Source: Candidatus Dormiibacterota bacterium
GTDB taxonomy: Bacteria > Chloroflexota > Dormibacteria > CF-121
DNA: 64,000 bases
Assembly: GCA_036390825.1 (NCBI GenBank)
Contig: DASWBA010000183.1
Location: 29,102 to 93,101 of the forward strand
Direction: 5' to 3'
Position numbers and translations under genes: made by a program
Part shown: positions 43,323 through 56,749 of the stretch, piece by piece
How the letters are laid out: the number at the start of each line of letters is the position of its first letter
Position numbering within the stretch: the first letter of the stretch is position 1
The notes under the pieces: generated by a model
Told to the model about the DNA's origin: nothing
What the model saw: only the letters and a program-made list of their open reading frames with translations
Database searches by the model: none

Positions 43323-45221
43323 TCAACCGGATCGCTTGAGATAGCCGTCGTGCCACAGCTCGAAGGCGAACAGCGTCCAGAGCTGCTTGCGGTTGTCGCG
43401 CCGGCCGGCCAGGTGGTCGCCGACCAACGACGCCACGGTCGCTGGATCGAAGAAGCCCTTGCGCGCGACTCGCTCAGGCGACAGGACCGACAGCAACTGC
43501 TCCTTGAGCGGGCCGCGAAACCAGTTGGCGACCGGGATCCCGAACCCCTTCTTCGGCCGGTTGAGGATGCTGCCCGGCAGCAGCCCGCGCAGCGCGCGCT
43601 TCAAGAGGAACTTCGAGCGAAGTCCGCGAAGCTTCATGTCCAGCGGAAGGCGCGTCGCGAATTCGACGAAGTCGTTGTTGAGCAGGGGGACGCGGCCCTC
43701 GAGCGAGGCCATCATGCTGGCGCGGTCGAGCTTGACCAGGATGTCGTTCTCGAGGTAAAGCCGCATGTCCATGAGCAGGACCTCGTTGAGTGGTTCGCGC
43801 GACCCAGCGCCGTCATGGTCGACAAGCGGCACGTGAGCTCCTGCGGCCAGCAGGTCGCGCATGTCCGCCGACAGCAATGCCGTCCGCTCCTCGGCCGCAA
43901 ACGATCCCATCCAGCGTTGGTGGCGCTCCGCCAGCGGATGTGAAGCGCTGCCGACAAATCGTTTGGCGCGGAAGTCGAAGCTCAGGTTGTTCCGCGAAAC
44001 GGGCAGCCGGCGCACGACGGGCTCGATCAGGCCCCGGCGGACCAGTCGCGGAGCTCGGTTGTAGTAACCCGCCAGCCGGTGGGCCTGGACGGTGGGATAG
44101 CCCGCGAACAGCTCATCACCGCCGTCGCCGCCGAGGGCGACCTTGACATGGCCGCGTGTGAATGCCGAGAGCAGATATGTGGGGATGACGGAGGCGTCGC
44201 CGAGCGGCTCGTCGAGCAGGTCGGGGAGCTTGGGTATGAGGTCCAGCAGCATCGACGGTTCGAGGGTCATCTCGTGATGGTCGGTGCCCAGATGGGCGGC
44301 CACCTTGCGCGCGTAGCGCGACTCGTCGAAAGAGTGCTCGGCGAACCCGACCGAGAAGCTCTTCACGTCGCCGCCCAGCTGGGACATCATCGCGGTCACC
44401 GCGCTGGAGTCGATCCCGCCCGAAAGGAACACGCCGAGCGGCACATCGCTGATCAGCTCCTTGCGGACCGACTCGCGGAGCACTTCGCGCAGCTCCTCAC
44501 AACGCTCTTCCAGGCGGGGTCTGGTCGGCGCGGCCTCCTCCACGCCCAGCACAGGCGACCAGTAACGATGAAGACGGTGGATCCCGCTGCCCAGCCACCA
44601 CTCGAGCGTGTGAGCGGGCGGGAGCTTGCTGATGCCGCGAACGATGCTGTGTGGAGAAGGCACGTACTCGAGCGCGAGGTACTGGTCCAGGGCAACCGGG
44701 TCTATGTCCCTTCGTAGGGCGGGGTCGCAAAGCAGCGCCTTGAGCTCGGAAGCGAACACCAGGCGGCGATCGTCGACTGCGTAATGGAGCGGCTTGATGC
44801 CCATCCGGTCGCGAGCCAAAAACACCCTTCCCCGGCGGAGGTCGAGCACAGCGAACGCGAACATCCCGTTCAGCCGCTCGACGAGCCGCTCTCCCCACTC
44901 CTCGTAGCCGTGAACGAGGACCTCGGTGTCGGACCGGGTGGTGAACGCATGGCCGGCCGCTTCCAGCAGCTTGCGGAGCTCGAGATGGTTGTAGATCTCG
45001 CCGTTCTCCACGACCCAGATCGTCGAGTCCTCGTTGTGGATGGGCTGGTGGCCACCCTCGACGTCGATGATCGAGAGCCGCCGTATGCCAAGTGTCACGC
45101 CGTCGCGGTGCACACTCCCTTCCTCATCAGGACCGCGATGCACCATCGCTGCGCACATGCGTCCCACCAGCTCGCGGCCTTCGTCCGGCTCGCCGCCGGC
45201 GACCCCGCAGATCCCACACAT
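43323..45221 (-). CDS. asnB: Asparagine synthase (glutamine-hydrolysing)-family amidotransferase
   Basis: N-terminal nucleophile MCGICGV, SGGIDSS PP-loop. 632 aa. Confidence 0.9.
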   Translation of the reverse strand: MCGICGVAGGEPDEGRELVGRMCAAMVHRGPDEEGSVHRDGVTLGIRRLSIIDVEGGHQPIHNEDSTIWVVENGEIYNHLELRKLLEAAGHAFTTRSDTEVLVHGYEEWGERLVERLNGMFAFAVLDLRRGRVFLARDRMGIKPLHYAVDDRRLVFASELKALLCDPALRRDIDPVALDQYLALEYVPSPHSIVRGISKLPPAHTLEWWLGSGIHRLHRYWSPVLGVEEAAPTRPRLEERCEELREVLRESVRKELISDVPLGVFLSGGIDSSAVTAMMSQLGGDVKSFSVGFAEHSFDESRYARKVAAHLGTDHHEMTLEPSMLLDLIPKLPDLLDEPLGDASVIPTYLLSAFTRGHVKVALGGDGGDELFAGYPTVQAHRLAGYYNRAPRLVRRGLIEPVVRRLPVSRNNLSFDFRAKRFVGSASHPLAERHQRWMGSFAAEERTALLSADMRDLLAAGAHVPLVDHDGAGSREPLNEVLLMDMRLYLENDILVKLDRASMMASLEGRVPLLNNDFVEFATRLPLDMKLRGLRSKFLLKRALRGLLPGSILNRPKKGFGIPVANWFRGPLKEQLLSVLSPERVARKGFFDPATVASLVGDHLAGRRDNRKQLWTLFAFELWHDGYLKRSG

Positions 45222-46244
45222 CTATTTGTTGCGGGTTCGGACGGGCGGTCTCCCATTCGTCGCTGTCTGCTTGCGCGGCGATTGGCCTTCGATCACCTCA
45301 CGCACGACATACACCGACTTGCCTTGCGACTCGTGATACGTACGGATCGAGAGCTCGGCGAGCAACCCCATCAGGATGAACTGCACACCCACGATCGCCA
45401 GGAAGACCGCGAGCAACAGGAGCGGGTTGTTGTGCGCGTACGGGTACGGCGGGAGGAGCTTCTGGATGATGACGATGGCCGCAAAGACCAGCGCCAGCGC
45501 CCACAGGCCGAAAGCGGCGAAACCGAAGAAGTAGATCGGTTTGGTCGAGTAGCTGCCCAGGAGCTTGACCGTGATCAGGTCGAGGAGCACGCGAGAGGTG
45601 CGCGAAAGCGAGTACTTCGAGCGCCCGAACACCCGCTGCCGGTGGTTGACCGGCATCTCGGTGATGCGTGCGCCCACCCACGATGCGTACACGGGGATGA
45701 AGCGATGCATCTCGCCGTAGAGCTTCACGTCCTGGATCACCTCGCGGCGATAGGCCTTGAGCGTGCACCCGAAATCGTTCAAGGGAACGTTCGTGACGCG
45801 GGCGATGACCCAGTTGGCGATCTTCGAAGGCACCACTCGCGAGGCGTCGTCCCGACGGTCCTTGCGCCAGCCGCTGACCACGTCATACCCCGCTTCGATC
45901 AGATCCAGCAGGCGCGGGATGTCGTGCGGGTCGTTCTGCATGTCCCCGTCCATGAAGACGACGATCTCGCCGCGGCTGTTGTCGATCCCGGCCTGGACGG
46001 CGGCGGTCTGACCGAAGTTGCGGCGGAAGCTGACCACGCGCACGTGGGGATCCTGGAGCGCCAGCTGGGTCATCTTCTCGGTGCCGCCGTCGCGGCTGCC
46101 GTCGTCGACATAGACGATCTCGTACGAAATGTCGAGTCCGTCGAGCACTCCGCTCAGCTCATCGTGAAGCGGCGCAATGCTCTCGGATTCGTTGTAGACC
46201 AGCACCACAACGGACAACTGAGGATCCGCCATTTTTCCAATCAT
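45222..46244 (-). CDS. Polyprenyl-phosphate glycosyltransferase (GT2, GtrB/ArnC/DPM1-like)
   Basis: LSVVVLVYNESESI, YVDDGSRDGG, FMDGDMQNDP, plus two C-terminal TM helices. Confidence 0.85.
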   Translation of the reverse strand: MIGKMADPQLSVVVLVYNESESIAPLHDELSGVLDGLDISYEIVYVDDGSRDGGTEKMTQLALQDPHVRVVSFRRNFGQTAAVQAGIDNSRGEIVVFMDGDMQNDPHDIPRLLDLIEAGYDVVSGWRKDRRDDASRVVPSKIANWVIARVTNVPLNDFGCTLKAYRREVIQDVKLYGEMHRFIPVYASWVGARITEMPVNHRQRVFGRSKYSLSRTSRVLLDLITVKLLGSYSTKPIYFFGFAAFGLWALALVFAAIVIIQKLLPPYPYAHNNPLLLLAVFLAIVGVQFILMGLLAELSIRTYHESQGKSVYVVREVIEGQSPRKQTATNGRPPVRTRNK

Positions 46245-47689
46245 GGCGGACTGGGCGAGAAGGTGGCGACGCAGATCGTGCTGAAGCAGTCGTAGCGGCG
46301 AAGGCTGTATCCGGTGGGCGGGACCGGCAGCTTATGCCCGGCGTCTTCCACCCAGTAGATGGTGCCCCCTTGCTGGATCGTGCTCGCCGGAAAGACCGGC
46401 GTCACTGCGTTGGGTGGATACGCCGCCGTGCCCCAGAACCAGGCGATGTGATGCGCCACCACCTGGGTGTGCGCGCGCTCGTCGGCATCACCGTAATAAA
46501 GAAGTAGGAGGTAGTCGCCGGCGGACGCCCAGATGAAGTCGTTCTCGTGAAGGCGTGGCTCGAGATACGCCGTCAGCGCGGGCGTGTCGGGGTGCGTGAT
46601 CGCGACCGAGAACGCGGCGGTCGGCGCCACGAGCGCGATCATCAAGAGAGCTCGCAGGAACAGTCGATTCAGGCCGGCGATCGCAACCGCGAGCAGCGCG
46701 AAGAGCGGTCCCCACAAGACGCCGGCGTAGCGCGCCTCGAGGATCGGGTGCCAGATGCTGGCGGCGGCGAGCATAGCCACCGGCACGCCGCCGCACACGG
46801 CGATGAACCCGGCGGGGCTGCCAAGGCGCTTGCGAGCCCGGAACAGGAGGAATCCACACACCAATCCGCCCACGACCCCAAGCAGTTGGATCGCCTGAAT
46901 CGTCAGCTTGCCCTGGGTGCCGGGCTCGATCGCGGGCCCGGACAGGAACTGGGCCAGCGTGCCGCTCACGCTGATCACGTTCAAGGGCGGCACCCAGAAA
47001 GGAGTCTCCGCATGTCCGAACTGCGGCGCCGCGTACACGAGCCAGGGGACGAGCGCGAGCAACGCGAGCCCCGACACGCCGGCTGCCGTGGCCACCGTCC
47101 GCCAGGTTGCCCGCAGAGCGAACCGAAGGGCTATGAGCTGCGCGGGAATCGCAAGAATCACGAAGTACTGCGTGTAGAGGCCGAGCAGCATGACGAGCCC
47201 GTAAACAGCCCAGCGCAGCGGCGTGCCACGCTCGGTCGCCCGCCACAGCGCAAGCGTCGAGAGCGCCACGAGGGTCGTCGCCATCGCGTACATGCGTGCG
47301 TCGCGGCCGCTCATCACGAGCGCCGGCACCAGGGCGAAGACCGCCGCGGCCCACAAGCCGCCGCGGTCGCCGGCACAGCGCCGTCCCAAGGCGGCTCCAA
47401 CCGGAACGATGAGCGTGCCTGCGATCGCCGACGTCAGGCGGAGCGCGGTCGGAGTCTGCCCCAGGAAGAAGAGCGAGACGTGGGTGAGGAGGTAGCTGAG
47501 CGGCGGCGCCGAGTCGTTGTGAATCGCATCCAGCATTCCCGCGATGCTTCGCTGCTCGACCACCGCGGTGAAGGCTTCGTCACGCCAGATCGGTTCGTGG
47601 TTCAGCCACAGGAGGCGCACCGCCAGGCCGGCCGCGGTCAGCAGCACGACGCCGCGCGCATAGGCGCTCCGCACGACAGGGCTTTCCAC
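46241..47689 (-). CDS. GT-C fold membrane glycosyltransferase (ArnT/PMT, GT39/GT83-like)
   Basis: About 11-12 TM helices, with an acidic WRDE motif in the first extracytoplasmic loop. GTG start. Overlaps the GT2 start. Confidence 0.7.
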   Translation of the reverse strand: MESPVVRSAYARGVVLLTAAGLAVRLLWLNHEPIWRDEAFTAVVEQRSIAGMLDAIHNDSAPPLSYLLTHVSLFFLGQTPTALRLTSAIAGTLIVPVGAALGRRCAGDRGGLWAAAVFALVPALVMSGRDARMYAMATTLVALSTLALWRATERGTPLRWAVYGLVMLLGLYTQYFVILAIPAQLIALRFALRATWRTVATAAGVSGLALLALVPWLVYAAPQFGHAETPFWVPPLNVISVSGTLAQFLSGPAIEPGTQGKLTIQAIQLLGVVGGLVCGFLLFRARKRLGSPAGFIAVCGGVPVAMLAAASIWHPILEARYAGVLWGPLFALLAVAIAGLNRLFLRALLMIALVAPTAAFSVAITHPDTPALTAYLEPRLHENDFIWASAGDYLLLLYYGDADERAHTQVVAHHIAWFWGTAAYPPNAVTPVFPASTIQQGGTIYWVEDAGHKLPVPPTGYSLRRYDCFSTICVATFSPSPP

Positions 47690-47717
47690 GTCGGCCCTAT
47701 TCTCCTGGGATTCTGAG

Positions 47718-49196
47718 ATGGCCTTGATTCCGCAGTCTCGCCTTTGGACGCGTTTGCTGCCGGCCGCAGCGGTCCTCGCAGTTCTGGCGTGCGCCGCCGC
47801 GGTCAGGCTGGTGCCGCTGATTCACGGGCAGCCAGGCGGCCTGTATCCCGACGAGGCCTCCGAGGGAATCGCTGCGCTTCGCATCCTCGCCGACCCGGCC
47901 TACCGGCCCGTGTTCATCGACGAGAACGGGGGGCGAGAGGCCCTCTTTGCATATCTCGTCGCCGCCACGTTTCACTTCTTCACCGGGCCCACGGTCGTCG
48001 GCATCCGCGCCACCTCGATCGTGATCGGGCTGGCAGGCATCGCTGCCGCGTGGCCGCTGCTCCGGCGCTATGGCGTGGCGGCCGCGCTGGCCGGAATCGC
48101 GTGGATGGCAGGCTCGCCCTGGCTCATCGCAACGTCGGTCCTCGGACTTCGCAACGGCCTGACGGTTCCGTTCGCCGGGCTGGCGGCGGCCGCGCTGCTG
48201 GCGTGGTCGGACCGGCCCGGTCGGCGCTTCGCATTTCTCGCCGGCTTCGCGGCGGGTGCCGGCCTGTGGACGTACCAGCCTCTGAAGTTGACGCCACTCC
48301 TGGTCGGCGCCTGGCTGCTGTGGCTGAGGCGCTTCGACCGGCCGCTCTTCGATGAGCTGTGGCCCGGTCGCCTCTGGTTCGTCTTCGGATACGTGGTGGC
48401 AGCGGCGCCCTATCTGTGGACGATGGTGAGCGACCCGCTCAACTACTTCGGGCGCATCGCCGGGGTCTCGGCGCTCAGTCCTGGAATGCCTCACACCACC
48501 CTGCTGACACACAGCCTGCAGACATTGGGCATGTTCTTCGTCGCCGGCGATCCCAACCCGCGGCACGACATCTCCGGCCTGCCGGTGCTGCTGTGGCCTC
48601 TGCCGCTGCTCGCCGCCCTGGGTCTCTGGCGCGTGTTCCGCGAGCGGCGGGACCGAGTGTCGGCGCTGGTGCTCATCGGTCTGGTCGTGTATCTGCTTCC
48701 ACCGCTGTACGCGGTCGAGGGCGGCGCGCCGCACCTGCAAAGGAGCCTCGCCCTCGCCCCGTTTGTCGCCGTGCTGGTCGGAGCCGGCGTGGTCGAGGCG
48801 GTGCGGCTCGCGCTCCGGGCGGGACGCGGCTATGCGGCGATCGCCGCCGCCGCATGCGTCGCCGCACTCCTGCTCACCGGCGTTTACGGCGGCCTTGCAT
48901 TCGCCTTCCGGCCGCTGTCCGAGCGATATGCAGCGTTCGACTTCCACACGGTGGCACTGGCCGCGGCCGGCGCGCAGCCGAATACCGCGGTGATCGTCAA
49001 CGCGTACGACGCGCAGGCCGTGCGGTTCCTCGACGGGCCCGCCGTGCCCATCCTCGCGCCGGGCTCCCAGGCCCCGATCGGCTCCGGCCTGGCCGCCCTC
49101 AACCTCAGCGACCTCCCACCTGACGCTCGCGCAAAGGCGACCGTGTACGCGCGCGATCCCAACGGCGAGCCGGCAGTCTGGGTCGTGCCACCGTAG
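47718..49196 (+). CDS. GT-C fold membrane glycosyltransferase (ArnT/PMT, GT39/GT83-like), divergent paralogue
   Basis: Polytopic, with YPDEASEG first-loop motif. Lies 28 bp from the divergent GT-C gene. Confidence 0.7.
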   Translation: MALIPQSRLWTRLLPAAAVLAVLACAAAVRLVPLIHGQPGGLYPDEASEGIAALRILADPAYRPVFIDENGGREALFAYLVAATFHFFTGPTVVGIRATSIVIGLAGIAAAWPLLRRYGVAAALAGIAWMAGSPWLIATSVLGLRNGLTVPFAGLAAAALLAWSDRPGRRFAFLAGFAAGAGLWTYQPLKLTPLLVGAWLLWLRRFDRPLFDELWPGRLWFVFGYVVAAAPYLWTMVSDPLNYFGRIAGVSALSPGMPHTTLLTHSLQTLGMFFVAGDPNPRHDISGLPVLLWPLPLLAALGLWRVFRERRDRVSALVLIGLVVYLLPPLYAVEGGAPHLQRSLALAPFVAVLVGAGVVEAVRLALRAGRGYAAIAAAACVAALLLTGVYGGLAFAFRPLSERYAAFDFHTVALAAAGAQPNTAVIVNAYDAQAVRFLDGPAVPILAPGSQAPIGSGLAALNLSDLPPDARAKATVYARDPNGEPAVWVVPP

Positions 49197-49223
49197 GCGC
49201 GCCTCGTACTCTTAAGGGTCCAC

Positions 49224-52828
<3,605 letters not shown>

Positions 52829-52847
<19 letters not shown>

Positions 52848-54019
52848 CCGGCGTCGTCCTCGGTTTCTCCGACACGTGCTGCCGGCTCTGCCGGCAGCGG
52901 GGCTCCGTCCCTCGCCGGTCGTCCGAATCTCACGGTGGGCGGAATCGCGAGCATGCGACCGTCGTCTGACCGGACCAGCTGCCACCTGCCTTCGTGGACC
53001 ATCCAGTGGTGCCGGTGGCATAAAAGGATGAGGTTGTCGAGATCGGTCGTCCCTCCTTGGACCCAGTGGACGACGTGATGTGCGGCGGTCCACGAGGCCG
53101 GCCGGTCGCAGCCCGGCCAGCGACACGATCCATCGCGAGCGTTGAGCGCTCGACGCGCCGGTCCTGACACCACCCGTTTGGCGCGTCCGACATCGATCAC
53201 GCTCGAGTCGGAGTCGAGCAGGACGCGCGTCACCTTGCAGTCGCAGGCCAGGCGCTCGACGATCTTGGCGGAGATCGGCAGCGAGAACTCCAGGTCAGCA
53301 GCCGCGGCGCCGGCCAGGCCGAGCAGCGTTTCGACCGAGGTCGTGACCTGGAGGCTCGCCGGCTGAGCTCCGCCTGAGGCCAGCTCGACCAGCGCGTCGG
53401 CAAGACGCTGCTCGCGTTCTCGTCGGTCGTGGTCGCCTGACCGGTGGGCGAGCGGCTCGAGCGCCGCTCGCACCGCGGCGCCGCCGAAAGCATCGAGCAC
53501 GCCGGTCAACACCATCGAGCCGTCGATCCACGTGCTGAGCGACAGTCGCCGCTCGTGCACCTGGTCAGCCTCTTCGGCCGCATATTCGTCGGCGTCCGCG
53601 GCATGCCGGGCGTGACGGCAGAAGAAGTGAAACTTGCCGGGCGAGTTCTCGCGTGCGAACTCGATCAATGGCCTTTCATCGAAGCGTTCCTTGAGCGCCT
53701 CTGCCGTCCTCGCCATCACGGTCACGTGCGCCAGTCCGATTTCCCCTTGGCCCACCGCCTCGACGCTTCGCGGCATGCGATTCAGGGTCTTGCCAACCGC
53801 GACCCGGTCGGCGGCGGCGCCGCTCGTCATGTGGCAGTTGAATCGGATCCAGTCGATCGCGCTGACGAAGCCCAGCTCGTCGTATTCGTCCGTAGCCGCA
53901 AAGCGGGCCGCATCCTCCGCGAACGAAAGCTCCATCAGGTCGATGGCTTTGCGCTTGCGCATCATCCGCTCGCGCAGCTCCTCGCCCGAGACTTCCGCTT
54001 CGACAGCAGGCTGGTCCAT
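52829..54019 (-). CDS. DUF222 + HNH endonuclease domain protein (REP13E12-like)
   Basis: C-terminal [44 protein letters not shown]. The N-terminal helical domain is typical of DUF222. Confidence 0.85.
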
Positions 54020-54031
54020 GAGGCGAGCTTA

Positions 54032-54045
54032 CGAACATTCGTTCG
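54032..54045. promoter_or_regulatory. Candidate LexA (SOS/Cheo-type) box CGAAC-ATTC-GTTCG
   Basis: Perfect GAAC-N4-GTTC palindrome 13 nt upstream of the HNH gene ATG. On the minus strand it abuts a TAAGCT -10-like hexamer. Confidence 0.6.
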
Positions 54046-54089
54046 GGATGTGAACCCTGCCCGTTAAGGCCCCGAAAGCACCGGCCGAA

Positions 54090-56318
54090 TCAGCGCTGAG
54101 CCGCCCGGATCGCCTCCCACACCCGCATGGGGTGCATCGGCATGTCGATGTGCCGCACACCCAGATGTGACAAGGCGTCGATGACCGCGTTCTGCACCGC
54201 CGGCGTCGAGCCGGTGGTGCCGGACTCACCGATTCCTTTCGCGCCCAGCGGGTTGAGCGGTGTTGGCGTCTCCATATGCAGCGTCTCGATGTGTGGGAGG
54301 TCGCCGATCCCAGGGATCGCGTAGTCGACCAGGCTCGTCGTGAGGGGATTGCCGTCCGCGTCGTACACGAACTCCTCATACAGGGCCTGCGACGCTCCTT
54401 GCGCGACGCCCCCGTGCACCTGGCCTTCTACCAGCATGAGATTGAGGATCGTTCCGCAATCGTCCACAGCCACGTGCCGCACCAGCCTCGCGTCACCCGT
54501 CTCGATGTCGACCTCGGCCACCGCGACATGACACCCAAAGGTGTAGCTCTGATCCTCCTGCGTGAAATCGTCGTCAGCGGCCAGGACCACCTCGGACGAG
54601 GCGAGCTCCGCCCAGCTCAACGCCGAGCCGGGCACGCCGCTGACCCCGAACCGCCCGTCGTCGAACCGAACGATGTCCTCGACGCCTGCCTCCAGGCGCC
54701 TCGCGGCCTCCTCGCGGGCAATCTCGACCAGCTTCACGCAGGCACCTCGAATCGCGCTGCCGCCCAGCTGCAGCGAGCGCGATCCGAAGGTACCCCGCCC
54801 GCTGCTCACCTCGGCCGTGTCGGACTCGACGACGCGGATGCTGTCCATCGGCACGTCGAGGAAGCGTGCGGCGAGCTGCGCGTACGCCGTCTCATGGCCC
54901 TGGCCGGTCGAGGTCGTGCCGACGCCGACGACGATGGTTCCATCCCGCTCGACGCGCGCCGCCGCGGACTCGGAGGGCGGCGGGACCGCGGTCATCTCCA
55001 CATACGCGCCGATGCCGATTCCAAGCTGCAGCTGTGAGCCGCGATCGCGGCGCCCCTTCTGCTCGCGGCGCAGCTCGTCGTAGCCCACCGCTTCGAGCGC
55101 CATCTCCAGCGCACGGCGATAGTCGCCCGAGTCATAGGTGACATCGGTGGCGGTAGTGTGCGGAAACGGGCCGGTGATCAGGTTGCGACGCCGCAGCTCG
55201 GCCGGATCGATGCCCAGCTCGGCCGCGAGCATGTCCATCGCGCGCTCGATCATCGACGCGGCTTCGGGACGCCCGGCGCCGCGGTACGCCGACATCACGG
55301 TGGTGTTGGTGATGGCGACGCGAGTGCTGTACTTGATCCTGGGGATCTCGTACACGCCTGAGCTCATCTGCCCGGTGACGAAAGGGAGGATCGCCCCTAA
55401 ACCGGGATAGGCGCCGGCATCGCCGGTCACAGTCACCTCCAGGCCGACCAGCTTGCCATCACGCGTCGCGCCCAATGCCACGTCCTGGATCTGGGCACGC
55501 CCGTGCGACATCGCGACCATGTTCTCGCTGCGAAACTCGAACCAGCGCACCGCCCGACCGAGCTTCAGAGCCAGCGCGCCGAGCACGCTCTGCTCCGGGT
55601 ACGTCATCAGCTTCGCGCCGAAGCCGCCGCCGACGTCGGGCGCGATCACCCGCACTTTGTCCTCGGGCAGCCCGACTGCCGCCGCGACATCCATCCGCAC
55701 GCTGAAGGGCACCTGGGTCGAGACCCACATTCGAATACCGCCCTCACCGTCGGGCTCGGCCAGCACGGTGTTGGCCTCGATCGGAACTCCGGCCAGCCGC
55801 TGGTTGAGGAAGCGTGCACGCACGATGACCTCGGCACCTGCGAGCGCAACCTCATCACCGAGCTCGCCCGCGAACGCGAGATTGTCACCTCGGTCGGGGT
55901 GAATGACGGTCGCGCCTGGCTCCAGCGCGGCCTCCGGGTCGACCACCACCGGCAGCGGTTCGTAATCCACCAGGACCGACGCGGCTGCGTCGACCGCCTG
56001 CGCGCGGGTTTCCGCCACCACCACCGCGATCGGGTCGCCGACAAAGCGAGCCGGCTCGGACGATCGAAGCGCGCCGAGAGCATCCACCGGCTCGAGGCCG
56101 AGTTCGTCGGCGCGAAACGCTCCAACGACGCCGGGCATCGACGTCGCGGCCCTGGCATCGAAGTTGGTGATGCGGGCGTGGGCGAACGTCGACCGGACGA
56201 AGACCGCGTGCAGGCATCCGTCGCGGCGCACGTCGTCGGTGTATTGCCCGGCGCCGGTGACGAGACGCGGGTCCTCGCGCCGGCGGACTGCGCCCCCGAG
56301 CGCGGCGCTTACGGCCAC
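54090..56318 (-). CDS. Xanthine dehydrogenase/aldehyde oxidase-family molybdopterin subunit (form-II CoxL-like)
   Basis: AYRGAGRPEA active-site loop and family-wide motifs. 742 aa. GTG start. Confidence 0.85.
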   Translation of the reverse strand: MAVSAALGGAVRRREDPRLVTGAGQYTDDVRRDGCLHAVFVRSTFAHARITNFDARAATSMPGVVGAFRADELGLEPVDALGALRSSEPARFVGDPIAVVVAETRAQAVDAAASVLVDYEPLPVVVDPEAALEPGATVIHPDRGDNLAFAGELGDEVALAGAEVIVRARFLNQRLAGVPIEANTVLAEPDGEGGIRMWVSTQVPFSVRMDVAAAVGLPEDKVRVIAPDVGGGFGAKLMTYPEQSVLGALALKLGRAVRWFEFRSENMVAMSHGRAQIQDVALGATRDGKLVGLEVTVTGDAGAYPGLGAILPFVTGQMSSGVYEIPRIKYSTRVAITNTTVMSAYRGAGRPEAASMIERAMDMLAAELGIDPAELRRRNLITGPFPHTTATDVTYDSGDYRRALEMALEAVGYDELRREQKGRRDRGSQLQLGIGIGAYVEMTAVPPPSESAAARVERDGTIVVGVGTTSTGQGHETAYAQLAARFLDVPMDSIRVVESDTAEVSSGRGTFGSRSLQLGGSAIRGACVKLVEIAREEAARRLEAGVEDIVRFDDGRFGVSGVPGSALSWAELASSEVVLAADDDFTQEDQSYTFGCHVAVAEVDIETGDARLVRHVAVDDCGTILNLMLVEGQVHGGVAQGASQALYEEFVYDADGNPLTTSLVDYAIPGIGDLPHIETLHMETPTPLNPLGAKGIGESGTTGSTPAVQNAVIDALSHLGVRHIDMPMHPMRVWEAIRAAQR

Positions 56319-56722
56319 TAGAGCTCCTCCAGGTTCTCCACGATCGCCTCTTGCGTGGTGCGGGCGATCACGACCACCGCCTCCTCATCGGAGTGGGCGT
56401 TCGACTCGATGTGGTGGACGAAAGGCGGTATGTAGATGTAGTCGCCGGGCTTCGTCCGCAGGCGCACCTCGTGCCCATCCTCCGAATACACGAATTCGGG
56501 GCTGCCCGCGACGACGTAGATGCCGGTTTCGCTCTTGCCGTGATGATGCGGACCGGAGGCAACGCCCGGCGCCACGCGCGTTTCGCCCATCCAGATGGCG
56601 CGGCTGCCGACCGTGTCGCCGGACAGCGCCGCCGTGCGGGACATGCCCGGCGTCTGCGCGGTGGCAGGCGTGCACGCCTCGGCGGGCACGTGATGGAGCT
56701 TGCCGGCCGTGCCTCTCGTCAT
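56318..56722 (-). CDS. Cupin-domain protein
   Basis: GPHHHGKSETGIYVVAG...GDYIYIPPFVHHIESN. The stop overlaps the CoxL-like start. The rest of the 676-aa track ORF is antisense to malQ. Confidence 0.7.
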   Translation of the reverse strand: MTRGTAGKLHHVPAEACTPATAQTPGMSRTAALSGDTVGSRAIWMGETRVAPGVASGPHHHGKSETGIYVVAGSPEFVYSEDGHEVRLRTKPGDYIYIPPFVHHIESNAHSDEEAVVVIARTTQEAIVENLEEL

Positions 56723-56749
56723 CCGGGCGAATGGTAGCTTGGCCGGTAC

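Noticed and set aside
47697-48947. Long antisense ORFs opposite the GT-C gene (47697-48947), the GH13 gene (59518-60870), acnA (60807-62594), the glycan genes (e.g. 14170-15303, 16122-17132) and the FtsX permease (40377-41420).
   Set aside because: Each overlaps a sense ORF with clear family motifs. Their compositions are Arg/Gly/Pro-biased, with no recognisable motifs and no SD-supported starts.
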